A DNA stretch of 63,187 nt, filler included. It is 25 parts of 25 records of this genome, joined end to end, with 100 filler letters (N's around TTAATTAATTAA, not from the genome) between each part and the next. Parts side by side here need not be neighbours in the genome. Positions count along the whole stretch, not along the records: positions 9,760 to 12,346 come from SRR16133337_52224; positions 12,447 to 14,458 come from SRR16133337_52298; positions 14,559 to 17,383 come from SRR16133337_52526; positions 17,484 to 19,699 come from SRR16133337_53652; positions 19,800 to 22,608 come from SRR16133337_53903; positions 22,709 to 24,908 come from SRR16133337_54122; 19 more parts are not named here. One strand, written 5' to 3'. Positions 10,697-22,744 of the stretch are shown in pieces. Within the stretch, counting starts at the first letter, position 1; each line of letters begins with the position of its first letter. Under the pieces are notes generated by a model, which saw nothing but the letters and a program-made list of their open reading frames with translations, did no database searches and was not told the origin of the DNA. Both the position numbers and the translations under genes were made by a program.

Positions 10697-12446
10697 TATT
10701 AAAAATTGACAAGCTAATACATCTAACAAAACGTAATGTACAATACCCTAAACACTATTTCATACAAGACAATCTGAGGGAAAATTCGAAAACCAAAACT
10801 ATGTTTAGTATACCCTTCGAACTGAATTGTAAAAACCGCCCAATTTTTTGGGATGAACGTATTTATCTATTAAATACTGGATCGCAATAGAATCTACATG
10901 CTTAAATTTGTAAAAATTCCACAAAAGTATGCATATCGCACAACTGCAAGTCAATCGAATTGTTAGCTACTTTGTGTGTAAGTTTTACACAATCCAAGAC
11001 CACAACGTAGTCATAGCAGACACCCCATAAAATTTTTCGAATGACCCTTCTACGTTTCTTTAAAGATTTCTCACGCTTGCATAATTATATCAAATTGAAT
11101 GAAACCAAAATAACAAATTATACAAAGTTGGCGTTTATTTTGATGCAAATTAAGGCACGATACTAACGCATGACCTTGTACGGGTAGGGTCACATGTTTT
11201 CCAAGAAAAAAACGAAATAATAAAAGTGACAAAAGACACGTATAATTCTCTACACTAAAAATCATTTTTACGCAAATTTTGCCAACGTTGGGAAACACCA
11301 CCATCCATCCTCCACATCGGCACCGCAAACCCCAAAAAATTGAAAAACAAAACACAATATGATGTAAAACGTTAAATAAATTAAAAACATTTGCATCAAA
11401 ATATCGGAAAGTCGTCATGTAAAAAGAATTGCGCGATTTGTTTATAAATAATTCACTTGAGTTTGAGAAGGTGGGAGTAACCATAGCATACAATGGATTT
11501 TTTAAAAATAAATTAAATTAAACAAACTTGAATCATTTTATCAAGGAATTTTCCCTCAGACGATGTCTTTCAGAAAAGAAAAATATCTTTTAAGACATAA
11601 AACACAAAAAAATGCGACGACAAAGTTCCTTTAAAGACGGTAAAACTAATACCTGGAAGAATGTCTTTCTCGTTAGGCCCCCATCTGGCGCTGCTAACCA
11701 CTGACTATGTATGTTATCACAATACATTGGCACTTCTGACGGTACCGCTTGACTTAATAATAGCGATGCGCGTGCCATTTGCACCCCCTAATTTGTAAAT
11801 GATTTCCTAGATTAGCATGTTACTACCTGACAGACCGTGTGAAACACCGAGATTGTTTGTTGATTTTTTTAAAAGCACCATATCCAATTTGGCACAGAGT
11901 TCAAAGTATAACCTTACGGAGAGTTTACGGACTACTTTATATTTAAATGACATACGCCCTCCATTAGAATGTATCTCGTTGTATTGTTACTATTTTTATT
12001 CTCAGTGTCATAATTTCATGGGGTTTGTATCTACAGGTTTGTTTTGGAGAACACTGTTTGTCTTTTGATTGACAAGGAGTAGGTTCAAAACCGGGCCATA
12101 CATTTGTAGTGATTTGTGCCCACTGCCAATTAACTTTTTGACAATGTTGTACGTTCTCAAAATTTCAACCCACAAGCCAAATGCAATTTTCCCACAAAAT
12201 ATTATACCCTGACATACCGGCTGGTATGCAAATATTTTTTAAATCTGCGCCTATAAGATTTTTACATTATGAAGGCTTTACCGAACACAATTCTGGTGAC
12301 ACGAGGAAAAAAACAAACACACATATATGTACCTGATGCTTCACAGNNNNNNNNNNNNNNNNNNNNNNNNNNNNNNNNNNNNNNNNNNNNTTAATTAATT
12401 AANNNNNNNNNNNNNNNNNNNNNNNNNNNNNNNNNNNNNNNNNNNN

Positions 12447-12776
12447 CATAAATGTACAACATGCTCAAAAAGTTTTAGGACACGCTCAAATTTACGTGTA
12501 CATAAAAAAACGCATGAAAATTGCTACAAATGTCAAAGTTGTGCGTGCACATTTGAGTGTAAAGTTGATTTAAGGAGACATGAGAAAACACATATGTTCG
12601 GTGCGAGGACGTGGCTTGTTCAGAGTGTTGCGTTGGTTAAAAAACTGAAGCAAAGTGGAAATGGTGATTTTGATTGTCCTGTGAGTGGTTGTGGTTACGT
12701 GTTTTGTTCGAAAGAAGAAATGACTTTGCATTTTAATGGCGTGCATGTTGCGATGCTCAAACCCCCGGGGACGTGA
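12447..12776 (+). CDS. C2H2 zinc-finger protein, 3' part (three fingers)
   Basis: Open from the contig start: HKCTTCSKSFRTRSNLRVHKKTH, YKCQSCACTFECKVDLRRHEKTH, FDCPVSGCGYVFCSKEEMTLHFNGVH. The ORF track shows only the last finger. Confidence 0.88.
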   Translation, partial: HKCTTCSKSFRTRSNLRVHKKTHENCYKCQSCACTFECKVDLRRHEKTHMFGARTWLVQSVALVKKLKQSGNGDFDCPVSGCGYVFCSKEEMTLHFNGVHVAMLKPPGT

Positions 12777-14558
12777 GGCTTTGTATAATTACATGTGGAT
12801 TGTTTATGTTGAAATTTGTAAAATGTTGATTTAAAAACTATGTGAGTTGTGTTTTCATGGGTGTTTTGATTGAGAAATACATTTTTTAAAAAAATATTGA
12901 AAACTAGTTTTATCATTTTTTTGTACCTGAAGAATTATGCGAGTGTGTTAAATTTGTCACTTTTATTTTTTTGCAAATGATATCATAACACCCCACAGCC
13001 AACTCGGCTTTGGTTATCAATCACAGCGAACCAAGTTTTCGCCGATCGATGAAAACCAAGAAACTGGGAAAACGTTTTTCACTATTTCCAGGTTTTTACC
13101 AGTTCTGCTGGTTTTAATTTCACAAGCGCACGAATACTTCGTTCGCTGTGAATTATAATGCAAAAAGTTGTTCGTTTTGTTATTTTCGAAATCATAACCC
13201 GCAGTCACTTTTCTATCGCGTACAAAGTTAAATGTATAATTATACACAAATAATACACACGGTTTCAATGGAAATTTGATGAAAACGTGCATGACAAAAA
13301 AAAACGGATGTGTTGAGATTTTCAACATCGCTATGAGAAAAAATTAACACAGAACAACCAAAACTAAAATTTGATAAATACTTTTTATCGCTATATTTCC
13401 ACACCAAACACCAGTTTCAAAACATCAAACGCCATTTTCACTCCATTTTAATGTTCCGCTCACAGCACAAACCATCAAGCGAACGCGTCTTTACTTCACA
13501 AAGTTGGTAGGTCTTCAACACACCAAATACAAACTCTTACAGCCTTTTTAGCGTTAATATTTGGAACAATGCGTCTGTCCGGAGAACAATCAGAACAACA
13601 TAAAGTACCACTAAAATAAACCATAAAAAATACGTTAAAATAATGATTGAAGCAAAAATAACTACAGTACACCCCTCAATTTTTACGTATTCGTTGTAAA
13701 ACACGTGAATTATATATGACATGCAGTTTTTTTGATATATCCTATTTTTATCTGATATTACTGCTCGTATATGTTCCAAATGCTTTTTTCATTGAAAATT
13801 GGATTGCTCAAACCAAATAAAACTTAATGCAACGGATTTTTCAAAATGTTTTACTGCTTTTGTTTGAAAACACACACATGTCTACAAATTGATGTTATAA
13901 AAACTTATACTTTGTTCGTGAAAAACAATACACCGCAATCTTATTTCCCCTACAAAGCGTAGGCAAATTTGTGCAAAACGAACATAAAACACGTTTTCTG
14001 CAACTTTTTCACGATTTTTCGGATGTAATATCGGATTTGTAAGTAAAATAAAAATTGTGAAACCGCAAAAATAGATTAGCGATATTCCATTGCAGAAAGG
14101 TACTAGAATGTATCAGCACTACTTCCAAGTACAACAGTCTACAACCATCCTCAAAATATGTTGCGTGAACGTCCTAAAACACCTTAAGTATATCACAAAT
14201 GATCACAACGAGTGAAAACCATATGTTTAATAATTGATTTTTGTGTTGGAAAATTCCTCTGCAGGACGGGAAATGATTGTCATTCAGAGAGATTATTGAT
14301 TTGGTGTCAAAGTGTAAACTGACGAGGTGTTTACTACACTTGGTACATGTAGTTCTCGAGCACAACGTGTTTTCTTTGTGAGACCCAATCGTAAAAAACC
14401 AAAACGTGTTCACCAAAATGCGACCACTGATGTGGCGATCGTGGGAGTTGTTAGTAAANNNNNNNNNNNNNNNNNNNNNNNNNNNNNNNNNNNNNNNNNN
14501 NNTTAATTAATTAANNNNNNNNNNNNNNNNNNNNNNNNNNNNNNNNNNNNNNNNNNNN

Positions 14559-14581
14559 CCTACACGACGCTCTTCCGATCT
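14559..14581 (+). other. Illumina TruSeq adapter remnant
   Basis: CCTACACGACGCTCTTCCGATCT at the contig start. Confidence 0.97.
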
Positions 14582-17116
14582 TTAGAGGAAATCCTGGAGT
14601 ATAAAAACAAACATTATAAGGACATTAAATTTGACATTTTAGGGGACTTCAATTTAAACACTTTAGAGCACAGCACCTCAGAGAATGTTAGAAACTTCAT
14701 AAATAAATTTGAGCAACATAATCTTACCTCTCTGATAAATAGACCTACTAGGAAAGTACTCAACCAGGAATCAATAATTGACAACATCTTTTCTAACAAC
14801 TTCAATGGCATGGAACAATTCATACTTCCATTATCTATATCTGACCACTTTTTGATTATTAAATCTGAGCCTAAAACCACTAACAATGAGGAGTATTATA
14901 CCTTTACCAAAAGGTGTTTTTATGAAGAAAATTTAATGGCTTTTGATAATAACATTCTTAGTAAAGACTGGAATAACATTCTCACAGAGGTAAACCCACT
15001 AAAAAAATGGGACTTATTTTTTGATAATCTAGATTCAGCCTTCCAGGATGCCTTTCCTAAAAAAACATCTACCATTAAAAAAAGAAATAATAAAAAGGCA
15101 AATCCCTGGATTAATAATGAAATCAAATACCAAATTAAAAGGGAAAGAAAACTTTATTTAAAAAAAATAAATAATCCAAGCACTCACAACATCAATAACC
15201 ATAAAAACTTTAAAATAGAACTTAATAACAATATAAGAAGAGCAAAAAAACATTATTTTGAAAGCCAATTTAAAAACAGTGAAAAAAACCCCAGGTTAAT
15301 GTGGACGAAAATAAATGAGATAACTAATAATAAAACAAAAAATAGTGATGTATTAGAAGAGTTAAACATTAACAATAATGTTATAAGTGACAAATTGGAA
15401 ATAGCTTCAAATATGAATGATTTCTTTATAAATGTTGGTCCAAGAATAGCAGATAATATAACTATCAATAAAACTGAACAACAAAACTATCTCAACTCAT
15501 TAGATAACCATAACTCTCAATTCAAGTTTAAGAACATTACCATTCAAGAGCTCCTTAAAATAGAAAAATCTCTAAAACCAAAAATGTCTTGTGGACCAGA
15601 TGAAATTCCAAGCAAAATTATCAAAAGAGCAATTATTACCATCCCTTTCATCTTCATGTACTTAATAAATAACTCCATTAATACAGGCACCATTCATAAC
15701 AGACTTAAAGAAGCAGTAGTCATACCGATATATAAAAAAGGGGAAAAAAATGATCCAAACAACTATAGACCAATCTCGCTAATAAATGCTATCTCAAAAA
15801 TAGTTGAAAAAATCATTGCTTTCCAACTAAGAAACTATCTTGAAAAAAACAATCTACTAAATAATCAACAATTTGGTTTCAGAACTGGACACTCAACTAC
15901 ACATGCTATGATAAGCTCAATAAACCACCTTGAAACACAAAAAAAGAGTAAAATGTGCTCTACCTCTATATTTGTTGATCTTACCAAAGCATTTGATACA
16001 GTGGATCATGATCTACTCCTTACAAAACTAAAAAAATATGGAATACATGACACTGAATTAAAATGGTTTGAAAACTATCTAAAAGGGAGAACACAATCAT
16101 GTAAAATTGGTGAGCAGAAATCAACCTTTAAGATAGTAAGAATGGGTGTCCCACAAGGTTCCATTCTCGGACCACTTCTCTTCATCATCTACATAAATGA
16201 TTTTCCAGATTCAAACAACAATTTCATAAACTTATTTGCAGATGACACTAAAATTACAATATCAAGTAAACATAAAAGAGAAGTTGAAACAAATTCCAAC
16301 AAGGCGATTTACAATGCAAATAAGTGGTTCAAAAATAACAAACTTACACTAAACCCAGACAAGACAAGAATCATTAATTTTAATATGAAAAACGAAAAAC
16401 CTAATATCTCTCTAGAAAATAACACTATCCTTGAAATTAACAGTAAAAACACGAACACTTTAGAACAATCCTTTAAATTTCTAGGTTTCTACATAGATGA
16501 AAAACTAAATTTTGAATCACATGCACAGAAAGTCATAAATAAACTCAATTCTGCCAACCATATTCTTAGAAAAATAAAAAATACTATCCCCATTAAACAA
16601 AAAACTCTAATATATAATGCTATCTTCAAGCCACATCTAGAATATGGTGCACCACTCTGGGCAAAAAATAAGAAAACTATCAACACCATTGAAAACATAC
16701 AAAAAAAAGCTATCAGATCTGTTGATGGTGCTAGAAACAAAAAACATACAGAGCATTTATTCAAAAGATTCAAAACACTTAAATTTCAAGATCTAATTAC
16801 TTGCAATATCTTAATGATAGCTCACTCAGTAGTATATAATTATGCACCTGAAGCTATCAAGAACTGTATTCTTAAAGTAGAACCGCATGACAGACTTAGA
16901 AGAAACACAAACAATCTTCAAATTGATAGTTCTGACATTAAATCACTAACTAAATTTATAATTCCATCAACTTGGAACACATTAAAAGAGGAGCTAAAAA
17001 CAATGCATAAAAAAAGTAAATTTAAGAATGCATTAGTTAAAGACTTTCTAAGTAACTACAACAGCAACCAATGGTGCTCTGATATTGACTGCAGAATCTG
17101 CAACAACAATAGTTAA
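14582..17116 (+). CDS. Non-LTR retrotransposon ORF2 (AP-endonuclease plus reverse transcriptase), 5' truncated
   Basis: Frame open from 14582. Endonuclease motifs GDFN, PTR, IDNIF, SDH; RT motifs NYRPISL, QFGFR, DLTKAFDTVDH, GVPQGSILGPLLF, FADD, KFLG; C-terminal CxxxxCxxC. Confidence 0.95.
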   Translation, partial: LEEILEYKNKHYKDIKFDILGDFNLNTLEHSTSENVRNFINKFEQHNLTSLINRPTRKVLNQESIIDNIFSNNFNGMEQFILPLSISDHFLIIKSEPKTTNNEEYYTFTKRCFYEENLMAFDNNILSKDWNNILTEVNPLKKWDLFFDNLDSAFQDAFPKKTSTIKKRNNKKANPWINNEIKYQIKRERKLYLKKINNPSTHNINNHKNFKIELNNNIRRAKKHYFESQFKNSEKNPRLMWTKINEITNNKTKNSDVLEELNINNNVISDKLEIASNMNDFFINVGPRIADNITINKTEQQNYLNSLDNHNSQFKFKNITIQELLKIEKSLKPKMSCGPDEIPSKIIKRAIITIPFIFMYLINNSINTGTIHNRLKEAVVIPIYKKGEKNDPNNYRPISLINAISKIVEKIIAFQLRNYLEKNNLLNNQQFGFRTGHSTTHAMISSINHLETQKKSKMCSTSIFVDLTKAFDTVDHDLLLTKLKKYGIHDTELKWFENYLKGRTQSCKIGEQKSTFKIVRMGVPQGSILGPLLFIIYINDFPDSNNNFINLFADDTKITISSKHKREVETNSNKAIYNANKWFKNNKLTLNPDKTRIINFNMKNEKPNISLENNTILEINSKNTNTLEQSFKFLGFYIDEKLNFESHAQKVINKLNSANHILRKIKNTIPIKQKTLIYNAIFKPHLEYGAPLWAKNKKTINTIENIQKKAIRSVDGARNKKHTEHLFKRFKTLKFQDLITCNILMIAHSVVYNYAPEAIKNCILKVEPHDRLRRNTNNLQIDSSDIKSLTKFIIPSTWNTLKEELKTMHKKSKFKNALVKDFLSNYNSNQWCSDIDCRICNNNS

Positions 17117-17383
17117 GCCTTCTATCTTATCTGATTCTTGTGACCAAATCATAATTATGAATAAGTATATGCATGTCTAAATGCTTCTCTCCAGTGTTTC
17201 TCTCTCTCCTTCTTCACCCACCACCCGCACAACCACCAAACTATCAAATTCTGAGTCTTGTTTAAATCTTCCACGCTTAATTAGCAAAGGAAGTGGCAAG
17301 AACTCTTATCATTATATGATTAACATGTGATTTTTAAATATGTATTTATAATGCTCTAATTATTGTTATGTAATGATATGAAA
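14582..17383 (+). mobile_element. LINE element (CR1/L2/Jockey-like group) filling the contig
   Basis: ORF2 as above, followed by about 270 nt of 3' UTR-like sequence. The clade assignment is tentative. Confidence 0.85.
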
Positions 17384-18022
17384 NNNNNNNNNNNNNNNNN
17401 NNNNNNNNNNNNNNNNNNNNNNNNNNNTTAATTAATTAANNNNNNNNNNNNNNNNNNNNNNNNNNNNNNNNNNNNNNNNNNNNCTTTCTGACATTCCACC
17501 TGCAATAACGTACCCGAAGAACGCATTAATACATTCATAGTTCTTTTGGCTTAACCAATTATGGGACAACATGCTGATTTTATTACTATCACAAAATTTC
17601 CTAATATTTTATATCGTTCTTATCATAAAAATGAATAAAATGAAACTTCAAAATCAATCTGTAATTTTCAACTGTGTCAAATTTAAACGGCATCGTGGCC
17701 TAAAAGAAAAAACGAACATTTTCTCACTCCCTAAATTGCCACAAAATTTTTTAAGTTCATTAAAATGCAAAAGTAATGCTGTTGAAAAGAGAGAGGAAAG
17801 TATTCTTGGACACACGAGAAATTCAGGTGAAATTAAAAATTATGCACTAATTTCCATCTTCATGGTGCCCAAACTTTTTCTTGCACACATCATTCTGGTA
17901 ATCAACGTTTGAAAACTTTGGAATATTATTTCAAATATATTTCGTGGAGAACGAGCATTTTTACTAAAAAAATGACTGTAAGACCTTACACAAACCCCAC
18001 TGTCCTTTCAACAAATTGTTAC

Positions 18023-18404
18023 CTCATCAAATTCCCTTCCGGATAGAACAGAATCACGATCGTTGAATTCATCTTCACTAAGATCCTCATCTGATTTTCG
18101 ACTCACAGACACAAGAAACGTGTCACCAGGCTTCTGTCCTGTTGCAGATTTTGATGACGTCTTCGGCCGCACAACTCGCTTCGACTTTGAGTACGGCGAG
18201 TACCGCTCCGACATTTTCTCTTTCATTGTTGGAGCACGAACACCGGGAGTTCTCTCCTCAAAATTAGAGTCACTGCTTAACGAGAGCAGTACTGGACGGC
18301 GCCTCTTCGAAGGGCTCTTTGAACGGCTCCCTGCACGCTTTCGAGAGTTCCCCGATATCGACTCCGATACAATACCTTTAATTGTTTTCAGCTGTTTTTT
18401 CAAG
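18023..18404 (-). CDS. Probable eukaryotic exon, Ser/Arg/Lys-rich low-complexity protein
   Basis: SRKRAGSRSKSPSKRRR..DEDLSEDEF, ending at a GAG|GTAAC donor; GC-richer than flanks. 5' boundary approximate. Confidence 0.45.
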
Positions 18405-19825
18405 CTCGAGAAATTTACTACAAAAACAGAACACAAGCATACGTCAGAACATCAGCAACACACAAACAACACCAGCTACGGAAACCTGACAATACAACAA
18501 TTCTACCTTCCCAACTTTTTTGCGGAAAGTTCTGCCTCACCTTTGGATTACATATTTTCAAACATAACAGTGAAATACACAATTTTGGATTTCACATTCT
18601 CACTGGAATGGATGAAGCCTCGGACGCCAGTTACACCAAACGCCTCCCATGCCACACAACCAATCAACATTTCGGATTGCAATGAAAATATGAATATTTT
18701 TAATCCATTCTGCAGTGATCAACACCAAATAATGCTAGAAAAAATCTATAAAAATCATAAAGTCAACTCTGCAGGGATTCAACCAAAAATTCATATAAAA
18801 TAACACCGTTTGACATCATAACGGCACTGTCGAACAGAGAGAATCAACATTTGTGCACAATTTTAACCAAAGTGCCAGAAAAGGAAACATACTGCACGAA
18901 TGACAACAACAACGACGAAACCAGGATGTATCATTCGGTAGCATAAAAAATATCTATACTAGCTATAACGTCAAATGAGTGGGGTCAGTCACGAAAAACA
19001 AACAACAAAAGCCTGTCATTCCAAAAAGAAAAACACTATTTTTCCTCGAACAACATACATTTTGAAGTCTTCCCGTCAACTTCAGTATCACTACTATTAC
19101 TACTGTCAATAACCTCCCGGAAATTCCTCTCCTCACGTTCATTCTCTCTCTTCTCACGTTCCTGATCGTTGAGCTGAAATTCTATGTAAAATCAACAAAG
19201 CAGCGTCTTAACGTTCAAGTAGCTCAAACGACTTTAGCAATCCTCCTTTCCGTCAAATCCGCTATACTTTTAATTTTCTTAACAAAATAGCATTCGGAAG
19301 GAGACTCCCTAAAAACCATCTTTCCAAAAATTGTGTCGTTCTCGTGCAAACATAGTGGGAATTGACACAAACTTTGATAAATAATTTTCCGCAATCCATA
19401 TATCACAACAACAATTTTCATATTTTATTTCGCAGGGGTTCCTCGCGAAATTTACCAAGATTGTCTTTTTCAGACCCATCAAAAAAAACTTCTTGACTGC
19501 ATATCAAAAAGTCTTCCCGCGATTTCCTCTAAAATTTTTGTAGGCGCCCTACAACACTGGAAAAACAGGCCTAGAAGTCATGAAAGTCAATGAGTATTTT
19601 TGAATCGACTTACAACACCGGTTCTCAAAAAGTATCAAAACATGTGGGTTTTCTCGGTGACTCGAATTCTTTGATCCAGGAAAAACTCGTAGCGGAAAAN
19701 NNNNNNNNNNNNNNNNNNNNNNNNNNNNNNNNNNNNNNNNNNNTTAATTAATTAANNNNNNNNNNNNNNNNNNNNNNNNNNNNNNNNNNNNNNNNNNNNG
19801 TTTTTTTCTCTTGGCTAATCTAAAG

Positions 19826-19932
19826 GTGAAATAGAATAGCGGTGTAAAATAGTCGTGAAACGGCGAAATAAGATAGCCGTGAAATGGCGAAATAGAATAG
19901 CGGTGAGATAAAATAGCCGTGAAGTGAAATAG
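19826..19932 (+). repeat. Degenerate GTGAAAT / CGGTGAAA tandem repeat tract
   Basis: Recurrent gtgaaat, atagcggtg, atagccgtgaa. Related tracts at 23563-23596 (complement) and 32356-32388. Confidence 0.75.
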
Positions 19933-19957
19933 ATGATTTTATTTAAAAAGGTTTACA

Positions 19958-20029
19958 GATACTCCATCCGATTCCTTTAGAAACCTAGTAGGTTTTCAAA
20001 ACCTACTAGGTTTGATTTTTCGGAGTATA
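19958..20029. mobile_element. Short MITE-family copy enclosing a perfect 33-nt palindrome
   Basis: ATACTCC..GGAGTAT ends; internal AAACCTAGTAGGTTTT-C-AAAACCTACTAGGTTT (19981-20013). Confidence 0.7.
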
Positions 20030-20087
20030 CTTCCTAGAACGGTATCATTATTTTTTAATAACTTCGCTGAGATAAGATTGATACAAA

Positions 20088-20495
20088 ATGATTCAAAAAA
20101 ACCGTGCCATTATAGCCATCGATTTTGATGGCACTATTACCATCGATAAATACCCTGAAATTGGAGCTCCTCAATTGTTTGCTTTTGAAACTATGAAAAG
20201 ACTACAAAAACAGGGACATCGATTAATTTTATGGACTTTTAGATCTGGTAAAAGTCTTGACGAAGCGGTCGCGTTTTGTAAAAAAAAAGGCATTGAATTT
20301 TATGCTGTCAACAAAAATTATCCCGAAGAAGAACTAGACAATGAAACCATTCGAAAAATATATGCGGATGTTTTTATAGATGACAGAAATATAGGTGGAT
20401 TTATTGGTTGGGATAAAATACATCAAATCTTCTTTAAAGATGAAGCTAAAGCTCAAAAAAGGCAAGCAGGGTTCTTTTCCTTTTTTAGAAGATAA
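20088..20495 (+). CDS. HAD-superfamily hydrolase (BT0820-like)
   Basis: IAIDFDGTI motif I, LILWTFR motif II, K..ADVFIDDRN motifs III/IV. Confidence 0.9.
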   Translation: MIQKNRAIIAIDFDGTITIDKYPEIGAPQLFAFETMKRLQKQGHRLILWTFRSGKSLDEAVAFCKKKGIEFYAVNKNYPEEELDNETIRKIYADVFIDDRNIGGFIGWDKIHQIFFKDEAKAQKRQAGFFSFFRR

Positions 20496-20661
20496 ATTCT
20501 CAGGAACCCTATGGTTTCGTGAAACAACAATTCCGTTGTTTTTGGCACGACTATTCCATTGTATAAAAAACACCAAAACTTAAAAGAGGTTTGTTCTTTG
20601 GATAATCTTTCTTTTGATATTCTTTTTTTTAAGTAAATTTGCCCTCTTAAAAAGCACCTTC

Positions 20662-21468
20662 ATGATTACCCTTAAAACCTTAGAAGAAATTGAATTGATG
20701 CGTGAAAGTGCACTTATTGTATCTAAAACTTTAGGAATGCTGGCAAAAGAGATAAAACCAGGCGTTACTACCGTCTATTTAGACAATCTTTCTGAAGAGT
20801 TTATTAGAGGTCATGGGGCTGTACCTGCTTTTTTGGGATTGTATGATTTTCCAAATACCTTATGTATGAGTCCAAATGCACAAGTGGTTCATGGAATCCC
20901 TAACAGAGAACCTTTGGTAGAGGGAGATATCATTTCTATCGATTGTGGGGCTTTAAAAAATGGTTTTTATGGAGACCATGCGTATACTTTTGAAGTAGGC
21001 GAAGTTGCTCCAACTACTAAAAAATTATTAGAAGTCACCAAGCAAAGTTTATATGAAGGAATTCGTGAATTTAAAATTGGAAATCGAGTAGGTGATGTGG
21101 GTTATGCGATTCAAAAATATGTAGAAGATCATGGGTATGGCGTTGTAAGAGAATTGGTAGGTCATGGATTGGGTCGTGTGATGCATGAAGATCCTGAAAT
21201 GCCAAATTACGGAAAAAGAGGAAGGGGAAAAAAATTTGTTGAAGGAATGGTTGTTGCTATTGAACCTATGATTAATATGGGAACCAAAAGCATCAACCAG
21301 TTGAATGATGGATGGACTATTTTAACCAAAGATGGAAAACCTTCAGCACATTTTGAACACAATGTTGCTCTTGTAAATGGAAAACCTGAATTGTTATCTA
21401 CTTTTAAATACGTCAACGAAGCTTTAGGCATTGTCACTTCTGAGGAAGACGAATTTAGAGGATCCTAG
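20662..21468 (+). CDS. map: Type I methionine aminopeptidase
   Basis: VVHGIP, DIISIDCG, GFYGDHAYT, GHGLG..MHEDP, AIEPMIN, SAHFEH. ATG at 20662 preferred over the upstream TTG. Confidence 0.97.
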   Translation: MITLKTLEEIELMRESALIVSKTLGMLAKEIKPGVTTVYLDNLSEEFIRGHGAVPAFLGLYDFPNTLCMSPNAQVVHGIPNREPLVEGDIISIDCGALKNGFYGDHAYTFEVGEVAPTTKKLLEVTKQSLYEGIREFKIGNRVGDVGYAIQKYVEDHGYGVVRELVGHGLGRVMHEDPEMPNYGKRGRGKKFVEGMVVAIEPMINMGTKSINQLNDGWTILTKDGKPSAHFEHNVALVNGKPELLSTFKYVNEALGIVTSEEDEFRGS

Positions 21469-21540
21469 ATTTTTTTCGTCTTTAGTAAAAAAACCTCTAA
21501 CTTTCGACTTTTGACTTTCAACTTTCGACCCTATAGTTAT

Positions 21541-22305
21541 ATGCACCTTTTTAAGTTTATTTTGAATACCGTTCCTAGACCTTGGCTTATCAAAGTAAGT
21601 TGCTGGACAAGACCTATAGTAAGTTTTTACTTAAAAGGAAACCGCTATACCGATCCAATTGATGGAAAGAGTTTTCGAAGATTTCTTCCCTATGGTTATG
21701 AAAATCAAAGAGCCAATGTATTGGCTCCAGGCACTTTATCTTTGGAACGTCATCGTTTATTATGGTTGTTCTTAAAAAAGAAAACAGACTTTTTTAAGAA
21801 CCCTAAAAAAGTACTACATGTTGCCCCAGAACAATGTTTTTACAAACGCTTCAGAAAACAAAAAAACTTAGATTATTTAACAACAGATTTAAACTCGCCT
21901 TTGGCAAATGTAAAAGCCGATATTTGTGAGCTTCCTTTTGAAGATCATAGTTATGATGTTATCTTTTGCAATCATGTTTTAGAACATGTTGAAAACGATA
22001 AAAAAGCTATGCAAGAACTGTATCGTATCTTAAAACCTAATGGGTTCGGGATTTTCCAGATTCCGCAAGATCTCAAAAGAAAAGTTACGTATGAAGATGC
22101 AAACATTCAATCTCCTAAAGAACGTAAAAAACATTTTGGACAATACGATCACGTTCGTGTATATGGGCAAGATTATTTCGATAAATTAAGAGCTGTTGGC
22201 TTTGTTGTCGATGAAGTAAAATGTGTTGAAATTAGCACTTTAGATAAAATTGAAGAATACAGATTATCTAAAGATGAAATTCTACCTGTTTGTAGGAAGC
22301 ATTAA
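21541..22305 (+). CDS. Class I SAM-dependent methyltransferase
   Basis: VLHVAPE, ADICELPF, DVIFCNHVLEHV, ELYRILKPNG, FGQYDHVRVYG. Confidence 0.88.
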   Translation: MHLFKFILNTVPRPWLIKVSCWTRPIVSFYLKGNRYTDPIDGKSFRRFLPYGYENQRANVLAPGTLSLERHRLLWLFLKKKTDFFKNPKKVLHVAPEQCFYKRFRKQKNLDYLTTDLNSPLANVKADICELPFEDHSYDVIFCNHVLEHVENDKKAMQELYRILKPNGFGIFQIPQDLKRKVTYEDANIQSPKERKKHFGQYDHVRVYGQDYFDKLRAVGFVVDEVKCVEISTLDKIEEYRLSKDEILPVCRKH

Positions 22306-22544
22306 AAATGGACAATGTAATTAGATGGGGTATAGAAGCGAAGGGATTACGCTTAAAAACTAAAAATTTACGTAAACCTTTAAGTAAAAACAAGTATAGA
22401 AGGCAACAACATCCTATACCTATTGTATTTACTGATTTTTCAAACAAAAAAAATCTAGAAATACTTCGTAAAAATCATTTTTTTTATGACGAAAAGTCCA
22501 TGAGTTTTTGGATTTTTTTTGTTAAAAATTCTAAGATCGTTTAA

Positions 22545-22608
22545 ATTTGATGGGCGTAGTATACGTCACCCACTTTAAAAACCCAAATTTTTAGAGACCT
22601 CTTTTTGT
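22545..22608. mobile_element. Two degenerate MITE ends back-to-back sharing one TATA
   Basis: ..TGGGCGTAG TATA CGTCACCCACTTTAAAAACCCAAATTTTTAGAGACCTCTTTT; the interior matches the copy at 44041 (TTTTTAGAGTCCTCTTTT). Confidence 0.6.
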
Positions 22609-22708
22609 NNNNNNNNNNNNNNNNNNNNNNNNNNNNNNNNNNNNNNNNNNNNTTAATTAATTAANNNNNNNNNNNNNNNNNNNNNNNNNNNNNNNNNNNN
22701 NNNNNNNN

Positions 22709-22738
22709 ATTTTCGGGTTTCTAAGGGGGCGGAGTATA
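22709..22738 (-). mobile_element. MITE terminal repeat at the contig start, 6 nt from the mnmD stop
   Basis: ATTTTCGGGTTTCTAAGGGGGCGGAGTATA. Confidence 0.8.
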
Positions 22739-22744
22739 AAAGGA

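Noticed and set aside
14582-17116. RT as a bacterial retron, DGR or group II intron linked to the flavobacterial genes
   Set aside because: The AP-endonuclease plus RT layout is a LINE, on its own contig.
18063-18803. 246-aa plus-strand ORF
   Set aside because: Probably the antisense shadow of the Ser/Arg-rich minus-strand exon; no motif.
22308-22544. 78-aa ORF after the methyltransferase
   Set aside because: No motif, very AT-rich, and it runs into degenerate repeat sequence.
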